Origin: an uncultured Trueperaceae bacterium
GTDB lineage: Bacteria; Deinococcota; Deinococci; Deinococcales; Trueperaceae
Assembly: GCA_963727505.1 (NCBI GenBank)
Contig: CAVSGP010000004.1
Location: 928,001-992,000 of the forward strand
Reading direction: 5' to 3'
Length of the DNA stretch: 64,000 bases
Positions within the stretch are counted from its first letter, which is position 1. Every line of letters begins with the position of its first letter. The position numbers were made by a program, and so were the translations under genes. Shown one piece after another: positions 44,488 through 53,893 of this stretch. A model generated the notes under the pieces. That model was not told the origin of the DNA. It ran no database searches and saw only the letters and a program-made list of their open reading frames with translations.

Positions 44488-44642
44488 TGCCGAATCGACA
44501 ATCTCGTTGCCTAGCACGCGCACGTGCGCCGCCACCGTTGCGGACGTGGGTGCCGATGCGCCGGGAGGTGGCTCATCCACGGGTTCCTCGTTCTTACCAG
44601 CTTCGCACGCAACAGGGGTCACGCCCGGGCATGCGTTCGACC

Positions 44643-45428
44643 ATGACGGTCTCCACTCAGCCGCGGCAGGCGAAGGCCACCGCCACCAACATCTCGAAGT
44701 GGTACGGCGACCTCGAGGTGCTGCACAACGTCAGTCTCGAGATCCACCAGCACGAGTTCCTGTGCCTGCTCGGACCGAGCGGCTGCGGGAAGACGACCCT
44801 GCTGAGGATCCTCGACGGGCTCATCCGCCCCGACGAAGGCAACGTGCGCCTCGACGACGAGATCATCACCGGGCCGCCCCGACAGGCGGCCGTGGTGTTC
44901 CAGCAGTTCGGGCTCTTCCCCTGGAAGACCGTCAGTCAGAACGTGGCCTTCCCGCTGGTCCTCGCCAACGTCCCCAAGGCGCAGATCGAGGAGAAGGTGC
45001 AATGGGCGGTCGACCTCGTCGGGTTGAAGGGCTTCGAGGCCTCCTTCCCCGACAATCTCTCCGGCGGGATGCGGCAGCGCGTCGGCATCGCACGGGCCCT
45101 CGCCCTCGGACCCGAGCTCCTGCTCATGGACGAGCCGTTCGCCTCGGTCGACGCCTACACCCGGGAGCTGCTCCAGGGCGAGCTGCTGTCGATCTGGGAG
45201 CGCTTCCGCCAGACGGTGGTCTTCGTGACCCACAGCATCGACGAGGCCATCACGCTGGCCGATCGCATCGTGGTCATGAAGACCAAGCCGGGTGAGGTCT
45301 ATCACGTGTTCGACGTGCCGATCGAACGTCCGCGCACCGTCGACACGGTCCGCAAGCACCCCGCCTACGAGCCGCTGCGCGAGACCATCTGGCAGGACAT
45401 GCTCAAGGGCAGCGGAAGGGAAGTGTGA
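44643..45428 (+). CDS. ABC ATP-binding protein (TauB/SsuB/NitT type)
   Basis: GPSGCGKT, VFQQFGLFPW, LSGGMRQRV, LLMDEPF, VTHSIDEA. Confidence 0.93.
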   Translation: MTVSTQPRQAKATATNISKWYGDLEVLHNVSLEIHQHEFLCLLGPSGCGKTTLLRILDGLIRPDEGNVRLDDEIITGPPRQAAVVFQQFGLFPWKTVSQNVAFPLVLANVPKAQIEEKVQWAVDLVGLKGFEASFPDNLSGGMRQRVGIARALALGPELLLMDEPFASVDAYTRELLQGELLSIWERFRQTVVFVTHSIDEAITLADRIVVMKTKPGEVYHVFDVPIERPRTVDTVRKHPAYEPLRETIWQDMLKGSGREV

Positions 45429-46270
45429 TGGACGTGCAGGAGCGCCATCCCGACGCACGAGGCGCGCTGCGCGAACGGGTCCAGCAGCGCAGGCGGCAGG
45501 CCGTGCGCCGCAGCCGGAACCGCTTCTTGCTCATCCGGGTGTTGTCGTTCGTGGTGGTGCTGGGCGCCTGGCAGATCTACGGCGCCAACACCCTGGAGAT
45601 CATCTTCACGCCGTTCACCACGGTCATCGCTCACCTCTTCGAGCTGCTCGTCTCGGGGCCGCTGGCCGGCGCCATCCTCTACAGCGTGTCGATGTTCCTG
45701 GGCGGGCTGGTGATCGGCAGCCTCATCGGGATCACCCTCGGCGTCGCCATGGGCCGCTTCGCGGTGTTCGAAGCCGCGGTAGGGATGTACGTCTACGCCA
45801 TCTACTCCACACCGCTGGTCGCCCTGATCCCGCTCATCTCGCTGTGGTTCGGCTTCGGCGTGCAGGCGCAGCTCATCATCATCTCCATGTTCGTCCTCTT
45901 CCCCGTCACGATTGCCGTGTACAACGGTGTGCGTAGCGTGGATGCCTCGCTGATCGAGGTCGCGCGTTCGTTCCGCGCCAACGAGATGGCGATGTGGCGC
46001 CACGTCATCATCCCGAGCGTCGTGCCCTACATCGTCACGGGGCTCAGCCAGGGCGTGGCCATGGGTCTGGTGGGGATGTTCATCTCCGAGATCTACACGG
46101 CGCTGTCGGGCATGGGGCAGATCCTCGCCTTCTCGGCAAACGCCTACAAGACGGCGGACATGCTGGCGGTCCTGCTCACCGTGATGATCCTGGGGGTCTT
46201 CTTCCGGACGGTCATCGAGGAGCTCAGGAAGCGCCTCGCGCCGTGGTTCAGCAAGGACTCCGGCCGGTGA
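45425..46270 (+). CDS. ABC permease (TauC/SsuC type)
   Basis: PLVALIPL..WFGFG, LIEVARSF.A, IIPSVVPYIVTG. Confidence 0.92.
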   Translation: MMDVQERHPDARGALRERVQQRRRQAVRRSRNRFLLIRVLSFVVVLGAWQIYGANTLEIIFTPFTTVIAHLFELLVSGPLAGAILYSVSMFLGGLVIGSLIGITLGVAMGRFAVFEAAVGMYVYAIYSTPLVALIPLISLWFGFGVQAQLIIISMFVLFPVTIAVYNGVRSVDASLIEVARSFRANEMAMWRHVIIPSVVPYIVTGLSQGVAMGLVGMFISEIYTALSGMGQILAFSANAYKTADMLAVLLTVMILGVFFRTVIEELRKRLAPWFSKDSGR

Positions 46271-46355
46271 GCGCCGCTCCCGCCGAGGGTAGAAGTGCAT
46301 CGGTGTTCCCGGGACGGAATGCGTCCGTTCCCGAGCACGTCAAGGGAGGCAGCAG

Positions 46356-47435
46356 ATGAGCAGGTCCAACGAAGGATGGTTCAAGAGCAAGCCGCTGGGC
46401 GCATGGGTCGCGGCCGGGTTCGTGGTCGTGGCCCTGCTGGCCGGGTCCGCGAGCGCGCAGTCCTCGAACGACTGGGCGAACGTGACCGACGCGACCCCCT
46501 GGGGAACGATCGGAGCGACGGTGGCGGTGTCGCCACCCAAGGCCGTCTTCCTCGTGCCCTTCATCGCACAGGCCGAAGGGTTCTTCGACAAGGAGCACCT
46601 GCACGTCAAGCTGGTCCCCGAGACCAGCGGCGTCCCGGCCTTCCTGAGCACCGTTTCCGGCTCCACCAAGTTCTCCTTCACCTCCGCCACGGACCCCATC
46701 ATCGCCGCCTCCCACGGCAAGGCCGCCCACGTCATCTGGTCGTATGGCCTCAAGCTCGACACCGTATGCATCGGCGGTGACGGCGTCAAGTCCGCCAAGG
46801 ACCTGGTGGGCAAGAACGTGGGGGTCACCGACACCGGCGGCTTCGCCCAGACCCTGCTCCAGGCCTGCCTCGACCCCGCGGGCGTGTCGCTCGACAGCGT
46901 CCACATGATCCATATGCAGCGCTCCGGCTTCGTTCCCGCCATGGTCAGCCACCGCATCTCGGCCGCCGTCTTCCACGCCGACGGCGCCTACGTCGTCCTG
47001 CAGAAGGACCCCGGCGTGACCACGCTCGCCTACGAGTACAAGGCCATCCCCGACTGGTGGTACGGCGCGCTGGCGGCCAACGACGCCTACGCCGACAGCC
47101 ACCCCGCCGAAGTGAAGCGGTTCCTGCGCGCCCTGGTGCTCGCCAGCCGCTGGATGTACGACCCGGCCAACAAGGCCAAGGTCATCGCCGACGGGGCCAA
47201 GGCCAGCGGCGAGGATCCCGCCGCCATCGAGTACGCCTACAACTTGATGATCGACGGCAAGATCTGGCCGCTGAACGAGGGCCTGCCCACCCAGAAGTCG
47301 TTCCAGTACACCGCGCAGAAGCTCAAGGACTTCGGCGAGATCGATACCATCCCCACCTACAGCCACACCATCGACGCCTCCTTCGTCGACGCCGTGCTGC
47401 AGAACATCGGGAAGGTCGATCCCTCGAAGTACTAG
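46356..47435 (+). CDS. ABC substrate-binding protein (SsuA/THI5/NMT1-like)
   Basis: Signal peptide, IAQAEGFFDKEHL.V, DLVGKNVGV, P..VKRFLRAL. Confidence 0.88.
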   Translation: MSRSNEGWFKSKPLGAWVAAGFVVVALLAGSASAQSSNDWANVTDATPWGTIGATVAVSPPKAVFLVPFIAQAEGFFDKEHLHVKLVPETSGVPAFLSTVSGSTKFSFTSATDPIIAASHGKAAHVIWSYGLKLDTVCIGGDGVKSAKDLVGKNVGVTDTGGFAQTLLQACLDPAGVSLDSVHMIHMQRSGFVPAMVSHRISAAVFHADGAYVVLQKDPGVTTLAYEYKAIPDWWYGALAANDAYADSHPAEVKRFLRALVLASRWMYDPANKAKVIADGAKASGEDPAAIEYAYNLMIDGKIWPLNEGLPTQKSFQYTAQKLKDFGEIDTIPTYSHTIDASFVDAVLQNIGKVDPSKY

Positions 47436-47487
47436 CGCCACCGACCACCGAATCCCACCCTTGGAGCGCCCCGCGGGCCCCGAGGAA

Positions 47488-47526
47488 CGCCGGCCGCCAG
47501 CCCCCTTCGGGCTCGGCGGCCGGCGG
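47488..47526 (+). terminator. Stem-loop after the ABC operon
   Basis: GCCGGCCGCC-AGCCC-CCTTC-GGGCT-C-GGCGGCCGGC. Confidence 0.55.
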
Positions 47527-47640
47527 CCGTTGGGGCAAGGGGTCACGGCCGCTGCGACGCCTTCGCCCGCACCCTTCTGTAGCCTCTCTGTGGCCTCGTC
47601 CGGTGTCCTCGGGCGCCGACGCCCCTAGACTGGCCGCAGC

Positions 47641-48021
47641 ATGGATACCGCTCCGGACGCCGGGACCGCCTGCATCGCCAACATCAGCCTCTCCGAGCGC
47701 CGACGGCGCCTCGCCTTCGGGATCGCCGCGCTCGTGCTGGGCGCCGCGGCCTTCGCTGCGCTGCTCCTCGGCGGCGCCGACCGCTGGTGGCGCCTGCCGC
47801 TGGTCCTGCTCTTCTACCCGGCGGCGATCGGCTACTTCCAGTGGCGCGACCAGACCTGCGTGGCGCTGGCGGCGCGCAGCGAGCGCAAGCTCGGCGAGCG
47901 CGCCGAACGCATCGACGATGCCGACGAGCTCGCAGCAGTGCGGGCGCAGGCGACCCGTGTCCAGCGCAAGGCGCTGGCGGCTGCGGCGGTGCTGGTGGTC
48001 GTATCGTTGCTCGTTCCCTAG
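47641..48021 (+). CDS. Small membrane protein (DUF2892/YgaP-like)
   Basis: CIANIS..ERRRR followed by 2 TM helices, FQ....TCV; TAGACT -10 9 nt upstream. Confidence 0.7.
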   Translation: MDTAPDAGTACIANISLSERRRRLAFGIAALVLGAAAFAALLLGGADRWWRLPLVLLFYPAAIGYFQWRDQTCVALAARSERKLGERAERIDDADELAAVRAQATRVQRKALAAAAVLVVVSLLVP

Positions 48022-48050
48022 CGTTCCGCCGACCTTCCACGCGCCCCGCT

Positions 48051-48083
48051 GTAAGAACGCGGTGACGGCCCACTCCCTACCGT
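48051..48083 (+). promoter_or_regulatory. GTAAGA-N5-GTGACG-N10-TACCGT promoter/operator
   Basis: Same spacing as the element at 49138-49170. Confidence 0.45.
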
Positions 48084-48128
48084 AGGTACCTCGTGGGGAC
48101 CTTTGGGGGAGCGAGGACGGCAGGAATC

Positions 48129-49070
48129 GTGCCGACGAAAGAGAATGGCGTCGACCTTCCGACCGGGTTGCATTGGCTCCCGGCGGGCGACGCGATCGAG
48201 AGCGCAGGATCCAAGGCGGGAACCGCACGCCTGCTGGCGAACGGACGCGGCACGGAGATCGTGCACGGCGAGCTCGCCAGCGGCGAACACCTGACGCTCG
48301 TACCGGGCGAAGACGGGCACCCGTCGGCAGAGACCTACTACATCCTGTCGGGTGCCGCCGCATGGCCTTCGCCGGGAGGCACCACGACCTTCCGGCAGGG
48401 CGACTGCTTGAGCGTCGAGGACCTGCGCGAGCCCATCATCCTGACCGTCGTCGAACACCTGCGCTTCCTCTACATCACGTCCAGCCCGACCTTCCACCAG
48501 ATCAGCGGCAGCTTGCGCGACCTGATGCGCCTTGCGGAGCAGGTCGAGGTCGCCGACGGCTACACGGCGCATCACTGCCGGCGCCTGCAACGGCTCGCCT
48601 ATGCCACCGGTCAGGCGCTCGGGCTCGGCGCGGCGTGCTTGCGGGCCCTGGACCACGGCGCCTACCTCCACGATCTCGGTAAGGTCCGGGTCCCCGCGGC
48701 GGTCCTGCAGAAGCCCGGCCCGCTCACGGCCGAGGAGTGGGCGCTCGTCAAACAGCACCCGATCTTCGGACGCGAGCTGCTCGAGCCCACCAGTTTGCGA
48801 CACGCCGCTCCCATCGTGGAGCAACACCACGAACGGATCGACGGAAGCGGGTACCCCTACGGCCTGCGCGGCGACGAGGTGCTCGTGGAAGCCAGCATCG
48901 TCGCGGTGGCCGACACCTTCGACGCCATGACGACCGACCGTGTCTATCGACGGGCGCTCGGGCGCAACGCTGCGCTCGAGGAGATCCGACGGCTTGCCGG
49001 CACGCAGCTGCCACGCGACGTCGTGCGGGCCTTCGAGTCCTCCGTGGCCGAGGTCGAGCCGGATGCGTGA
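48129..49070 (+). CDS. Cupin + HD-GYP domain protein (putative cyclic dinucleotide phosphodiesterase)
   Basis: ETYYILSG cupin-like N-domain; YTAHH, YLHDLGK, HHERIDGSGYPYGL, VADTFDAMT..R.YR; start uncertain. Confidence 0.88.
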   Translation: MPTKENGVDLPTGLHWLPAGDAIESAGSKAGTARLLANGRGTEIVHGELASGEHLTLVPGEDGHPSAETYYILSGAAAWPSPGGTTTFRQGDCLSVEDLREPIILTVVEHLRFLYITSSPTFHQISGSLRDLMRLAEQVEVADGYTAHHCRRLQRLAYATGQALGLGAACLRALDHGAYLHDLGKVRVPAAVLQKPGPLTAEEWALVKQHPIFGRELLEPTSLRHAAPIVEQHHERIDGSGYPYGLRGDEVLVEASIVAVADTFDAMTTDRVYRRALGRNAALEEIRRLAGTQLPRDVVRAFESSVAEVEPDA

Positions 49071-49137
49071 CGGTAGACCGGTCGCTGGAGATGTTGGCCT
49101 GCCGAAGCTGGCGAACGTGCACCGGGTCCAACATGAC

Positions 49138-49170
49138 GTAAGGATCCCGTCATGGCGGGACCGCTACGGT
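49138..49170 (+). promoter_or_regulatory. GTAAGG-N5-GTCATG-N10-TACGGT promoter/operator
   Basis: Same spacing as the element at 48051-48083. Confidence 0.45.
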
Positions 49171-49206
49171 GACCCGGGCCCGAAGGCCCGGAAGGAGGTG
49201 ACCGAT

Positions 49207-49503
49207 GTGCCTCGGTCGATGATCAAGCTCGCCGTCGTGACGGTCCTCGGTGTGGGCCTCTCGTTCGCGTTCGCGGACCGCAACCCCAGCCGTGACGTCC
49301 ACGTCAACGTGGACACCGGACCGGCCAAGGCCGTGACCCACGCGCTGCCGATCGACGCCGTGGGCTCGACTCTGTACAAGGTGCAGCAGGGCGTGCACCA
49401 TACTGTCAAGCAGACCACCGGGACCTCGGTCGACCACCACTACGTCTGGATCGGCGTGGACGGACAGTCCGTCCCCGTCGACCCGTTCGAGTTCAGTCGC
49501 TGA
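49207..49503 (+). CDS. Small secreted hypothetical protein
   Basis: AAGGAGG RBS, signal peptide (IKLAVVTVLGVGLSFAFA), good codon bias. Confidence 0.7.
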   Translation: MPRSMIKLAVVTVLGVGLSFAFADRNPSRDVHVNVDTGPAKAVTHALPIDAVGSTLYKVQQGVHHTVKQTTGTSVDHHYVWIGVDGQSVPVDPFEFSR

Positions 49504-49704
49504 GCCGAACGGACCAGATCGTCGCGGCCGCCCGCACCTTGCGGGTGGCCGCGATCACGTGGGGGCCACGCGGCCGGTGGCACAGAAGGCCGGGACCGCC
49601 ACCTGCCGGCGCACACCCGTAGACCGGAGCGCATCCGACCGACGACGGGCTCCCCCTCCGTTCACCCCTCGCGCCACGCAGCACCCGCTCACCGTTCTCA
49701 CCCC

Positions 49705-49758
49705 TTGACGCTCCCACCGCCGCGGCCGTAGACTTCTGACACCTGAATCAGTCGTCAG
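49705..49758 (+). promoter_or_regulatory. TTGACG-N18-TAGACT promoter followed by a 23-bp palindrome (putative TetR operator)
   Basis: CTGAC-AC-CTGA-A-TCAG-TC-GTCAG at 49736-49758, covering the predicted +1. Confidence 0.72.
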
Positions 49759-49820
49759 GTCCGACGAGCGTTGCGACTCCGTCCCGCGCCCGTCCGACCC
49801 GGGATTCCCGAAGGGGCGTC

Positions 49821-50414
49821 GTGTCAGACCTACCCAGACCCAGCACCGCTCGCGGCGAGGCCACCCGAAGCCGGCTGCTGGAGGCGGCCGAAGCCGAGAT
49901 CGCCGAGAAGGGCTTCAGCCGCGCCTCCATCTCCTCCATCACGCGGCGCGCCGGCGTCGGGCAGGGCACTTTCTACCTGTACTTCCCCAGCAAGGAGGAC
50001 GCGCTCCGCGAGCTGGTAAGGCACATGGGGCGCGAGCTGCGCCGAGCGCTCAGCCTCGCCACGCGCGGGGTGGAGGGCCGGCTCGAGATCGAGCGCAAGG
50101 GCTTCGACGCCTTCCTAAGCTTCTCGCTCTCGCACCAGGACCTCTACCGGGTGGTCATGGAGTCGCAGTTCGTCGACGAGACCATCTACCGCGAGTACTA
50201 CCAGACGCTGGCCGACGCCTACGCCCGCGGCCTGGAGCGGGCCCAGGCGGCCGGCGAGATCCGCGCCGGTCACGCCGAGACCCAGGCCTGGGCGCTGATG
50301 GGCATCGCGCACTTCCTGGGGCTGCGCTACACCATCTGGGAGCAGCGCGACCCGCCCCCCGAGGCGATGGCGAGCGCCCTCGACATGATCGCGCGCGGGC
50401 TGGAGCCGGCGTGA
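49821..50414 (+). CDS. TetR/AcrR-family regulator
   Basis: TRSRLLEAA...KGF...SISSITRRAGVGQGTFYLYFPSKE. Confidence 0.94.
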   Translation: MSDLPRPSTARGEATRSRLLEAAEAEIAEKGFSRASISSITRRAGVGQGTFYLYFPSKEDALRELVRHMGRELRRALSLATRGVEGRLEIERKGFDAFLSFSLSHQDLYRVVMESQFVDETIYREYYQTLADAYARGLERAQAAGEIRAGHAETQAWALMGIAHFLGLRYTIWEQRDPPPEAMASALDMIARGLEPA

Positions 50415-51535
50415 GCGGCGACGCCCCGCGCGATCGCGCGACGGTCGGCATCACCGGCCTGGCCGCCTACGTGCCGGCCGGGCGCCTGGGAGCGGCGGAC
50501 ATCGCGGCCGCCAGCGGCCTGCCGGAGTGGGTGGTGCGAGAGAAGCTCGGCATCCTGGAGAAAGTGGCTCCCGGCGCCGACGAGCACCCCGCCGCCATGG
50601 GGGCCTTCGCCGCCGAGGAGGCGCTGGCCCGCGCCGGGGTCGACGCGGGCGACGTCGATGTCGTCATCTCCATCACCGAGGAGTTCAAGGAGTATCCGGT
50701 ATGGACGGCGGGCATCAAGCTCGCCTACGACATCGGCGCGCGGGGCGCCTACGCCTACGACATCGGCCAGAAGTGCGGCACCAGCGTGCTCGGCCTCAAG
50801 CAGGCGAAGGACCTGCTGCTGGCCGACCCCGAGGTGAACACCGTGCTGGTGGCCGGCGGCTACCGCAACGGCGACCTCATCGCCTTCAGTGACCCCAACG
50901 TGCGCTTCATGTACAACCTCGCCGCCGGGGCCGGCGCCGCCGTGGTGCAGCGCGGTCGCGGCCACGCCCTCCTCGGCTCGCACATCGTGACCGACGGCAG
51001 CTTCTCGCTCGACGTGATGGTCCCGGTCGGCGGCACCGTAGCGCCGCTCACGCCCGAGCGCGTGGGCGACTACCGGCTGCAGGTCACCGACCCGGCGGGC
51101 ATGAAGGAGCGGCTCGAGCCCAAGAGCCTCGACAACTTCGTCGAGGTGGTGCGCCGCGCCGTCGCGAAGTCCGGCGCGACCGTGCAGGACGTCGCCTACC
51201 TCGCCATGCTCCACGTCAAGCGCAGCGCCCACCTGGGCCTGCTCGAGCGTCTCGGCATCGACCCCGCGCGCTCGATCTACCTCGAGCACTACGGCCACCT
51301 CGGTCAGATCGACCAGATCCTCAGCCTGAAACTCGCCGAGGAGCAGGGCCTGCTGAAGCCCGGCGACCTGGTGGTGCTGGTCGCAGCGGGCGTCGGTTAC
51401 GTGTGGAACGCGATCTGTCTTCGCTGGGGGGAGACCGGGCCGGGCCTGGCCTACGCCGGCGACGGCCTGCGCGGCGTCCGGCCGCCGCCGGATGGTCGCG
51501 GCGAGCCGATCGAACCGCGAGGAGGCACGCCATGA
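50411..51535 (+). CDS. FabH-like 3-oxoacyl-ACP synthase III family protein
   Basis: AYDIGQKCGT (catalytic Cys), AAGAGAA, MLH, YGHLG (H in place of N), LKPGDLVVLVAAGVG. Confidence 0.85.
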   Translation: MSGDAPRDRATVGITGLAAYVPAGRLGAADIAAASGLPEWVVREKLGILEKVAPGADEHPAAMGAFAAEEALARAGVDAGDVDVVISITEEFKEYPVWTAGIKLAYDIGARGAYAYDIGQKCGTSVLGLKQAKDLLLADPEVNTVLVAGGYRNGDLIAFSDPNVRFMYNLAAGAGAAVVQRGRGHALLGSHIVTDGSFSLDVMVPVGGTVAPLTPERVGDYRLQVTDPAGMKERLEPKSLDNFVEVVRRAVAKSGATVQDVAYLAMLHVKRSAHLGLLERLGIDPARSIYLEHYGHLGQIDQILSLKLAEEQGLLKPGDLVVLVAAGVGYVWNAICLRWGETGPGLAYAGDGLRGVRPPPDGRGEPIEPRGGTP

Positions 51536-53043
51536 TCCTCGACCCGATCCTGGACATCGCCCGCCGCCGCGCCGAGCTCACGCCCGATCGCCCCGCCGTG
51601 TACTGGCAGGGTCGGTGGCACAGCTACGCCGAGATGAACCACCGCGCCGAGCGGCTGGCCGGGCTGCTGGTGCGCCGCGGCCTCCAGAAGGGCGACCGGG
51701 TCGGCATCCTGGCGTTCAACCACATCGCCCACCTCGACCTGGTTCTCGCGACCGCCAAGACGGGCATCATCTACACCCCGTTCAACTACCGGCTGTCGCC
51801 GGCCGAGACCCGTTCCATCGCCGACTACGTGCGCCCGGGCCTCATGCTCGCCGACGCGGAGAACCTCGACGTCGCGACCTCGCTCGGCGTGCCCACGCTG
51901 GCGCTCGACGACTACGAGGGTCTGCTCGACAGCGCGCTGCCCCCGCCCACGCCGCCGGCGCTCACCCCCGAGGACATCCAGATGATCCTCTTCACCGGCG
52001 GCACCACCGGGCTTCCCAAGGGCGCCATGCAGCCCTACCGACAGGGCTTCTACAACGCCGTCAACACCATTCAGTCGTGGGGGATCCGCGAGGACGACTG
52101 CGTGGTGCAGGCGACCCCCTGCTTCCACGCGGCGCTGAACGCCTTCACGGTGCCACTCTTCCACATGGGAGCCAGGATCGCGCTCGAGCGCGCCTTCGAG
52201 CCGGCCGACTACCTGCGGCTGGTGCGGGAGGCCGGCGCCACCGTGCTCTTTCTGGTGCCCACCATGTACAAGATGGTGACCGACCACGAGGCTTTCGATG
52301 CCGCCGACCTGAGCACCGTGCGCTGGGCCATCTCGGGCGGCGCGCCCTGCCCGGAACCGGTGCAACGCGCCTTCCGCGAGCGCGGTGTGCGCTTCAAGCA
52401 GGGCTACGGCCTGACCGAGGCCGGCGTGAACTGCTTCGCCATGTCCCTGGACGAGGCCGAGGCGCATCCGGCCTCGGTCGGCAAACCCGTCCTCCACGCC
52501 CGCGCCGCGGTCCGCCGAGAGGACGGCAGCGTGTGTGATCCGGGCGAGGTGGGCGAGCTCACCCTCGCCGGCCCGCACGTCTTCGCCGGCTACTTCGAGC
52601 GCCCCCGGGAGACCGACGAGGTCCTCCGGGAGGGCTGGCTGTGGACCGGCGATCTCGCCACCATGGACGCGGAGGGCTTCGTCACGATCGCGGGGCGCCG
52701 CAAGGAGATGTTCATCTCCGGCGGCGAGAACGTCTTCCCCGCCGAGATCGAGAACGCCCTGTACGACCATCCGGGCGTGTCGGAGTGCGCCGTGCTGGGC
52801 GTAGCCGACGCGCGCTGGGGTGAGGTGGGGCTGGCCGCGGTGGTGCCGCGCGGCGGGCACGAGCTCGATGCCGAGCGCGTGCGCACGTTCCTTTCCGAGC
52901 GGCTGGCACGTTACAAGATCCCGAAGCACGTGCGCGTCGTCGACCGGCTCCCCAAGAGCGGCGCCGGCAAGATCCTCAAGAGCGAGCTCAGGAGCGCTTT
53001 CGAGCAAGCGCAGCCCCCTGAAGGGCGCGATAGCCGTGGCTGA
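51532..53043 (+). CDS. Acyl-CoA synthetase (AMP-forming)
   Basis: FTGGTTGLPKG, QGYGLTE, WLWTGD, ISGGENVFPAEIE, LPKSGAGK. Confidence 0.94.
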   Translation: MILDPILDIARRRAELTPDRPAVYWQGRWHSYAEMNHRAERLAGLLVRRGLQKGDRVGILAFNHIAHLDLVLATAKTGIIYTPFNYRLSPAETRSIADYVRPGLMLADAENLDVATSLGVPTLALDDYEGLLDSALPPPTPPALTPEDIQMILFTGGTTGLPKGAMQPYRQGFYNAVNTIQSWGIREDDCVVQATPCFHAALNAFTVPLFHMGARIALERAFEPADYLRLVREAGATVLFLVPTMYKMVTDHEAFDAADLSTVRWAISGGAPCPEPVQRAFRERGVRFKQGYGLTEAGVNCFAMSLDEAEAHPASVGKPVLHARAAVRREDGSVCDPGEVGELTLAGPHVFAGYFERPRETDEVLREGWLWTGDLATMDAEGFVTIAGRRKEMFISGGENVFPAEIENALYDHPGVSECAVLGVADARWGEVGLAAVVPRGGHELDAERVRTFLSERLARYKIPKHVRVVDRLPKSGAGKILKSELRSAFEQAQPPEGRDSRG

Positions 53044-53893
53044 TGCACCGTCCAGGAGCGCGATCGACGATCTCGATCTTGCCAGCGGCATCCGCATGCA
53101 CGTGGTGCAGAGCGGCAGTCCCGAGGGCGAGCCGGTGGTGCTGATCAACGGCATCTTCATGAATACCGCCAGCTGGGAGGGGCTCGAGCGCGCGCTAGCC
53201 CCCGACTACCGGGTGGTGCGCTTCGACGGCCGCGGTCAGGGCGAATCCTCCAAACCGGAAGGACCCTACACGGTCGAGCAGCACGTGAACGACCTGGAGG
53301 CGTTGCTCGACGCCCTCGCGCTCGGTCCGGTGCATCTGGTCGGCCTCTCCAACGGTGCCCTGGCCGCGCTCGAGCTGGCGGGCCGGCGCCCCGAGCAGCT
53401 GCGCTCGCTCGCCGTCCTCGACGGCTTCGGCCGCGTCGACGCGCTCATGCGCGCGGTTCTGCGCTCCTGGCGCGCCGCCCTGGCGCTGGGCGGTACCGGC
53501 GGGCGCTTCGACGTGGCGACACCCTGGGTGTGGGGCCACACCTTCCTCGCCGAGAACGAGAACTGGCTGCTGGGGCTGCGGGACGAGGCCGCGAAGGCCG
53601 ACCCGCGTCCCGTGCTGGCGCTCGTCGAGGGTGCGCTCGCCTACGGCGAGCAGGAACGCGACGCGGCCGGAGCCCTGCGCAGCTACCTGGGCCCGCTTCT
53701 GACGCTGGTAGGCGAGGACGATATCCTCAGCCCCCCGCGCTACAGCCTCGAGCTTCTGCGCGCCGCCGGCCACGGCAGCCTGGCGGTCGTGCCGCGCGCC
53801 GGCCACGCCGCTCCCATCGAGCGGCCCGACGCCGTCGCGCGCGAGCTCGTCGCCTTCTTCGGGCGCGTGCGCGACGAGGGGAGCACCGCATGA
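53036..53893 (+). CDS. Alpha/beta hydrolase (PcaD-like)
   Basis: FDGRGQGES, GLSNG nucleophile elbow, GEDD, AGH...IERP. Confidence 0.9.
   Translation: MADAPSRSAIDDLDLASGIRMHVVQSGSPEGEPVVLINGIFMNTASWEGLERALAPDYRVVRFDGRGQGESSKPEGPYTVEQHVNDLEALLDALALGPVHLVGLSNGALAALELAGRRPEQLRSLAVLDGFGRVDALMRAVLRSWRAALALGGTGGRFDVATPWVWGHTFLAENENWLLGLRDEAAKADPRPVLALVEGALAYGEQERDAAGALRSYLGPLLTLVGEDDILSPPRYSLELLRAAGHGSLAVVPRAGHAAPIERPDAVARELVAFFGRVRDEGSTA

Noticed and set aside
49071..49200. c-di-GMP riboswitch downstream of the HD-GYP gene
   Set aside because: Hairpins are present but the GEMM consensus elements are not recognisable.
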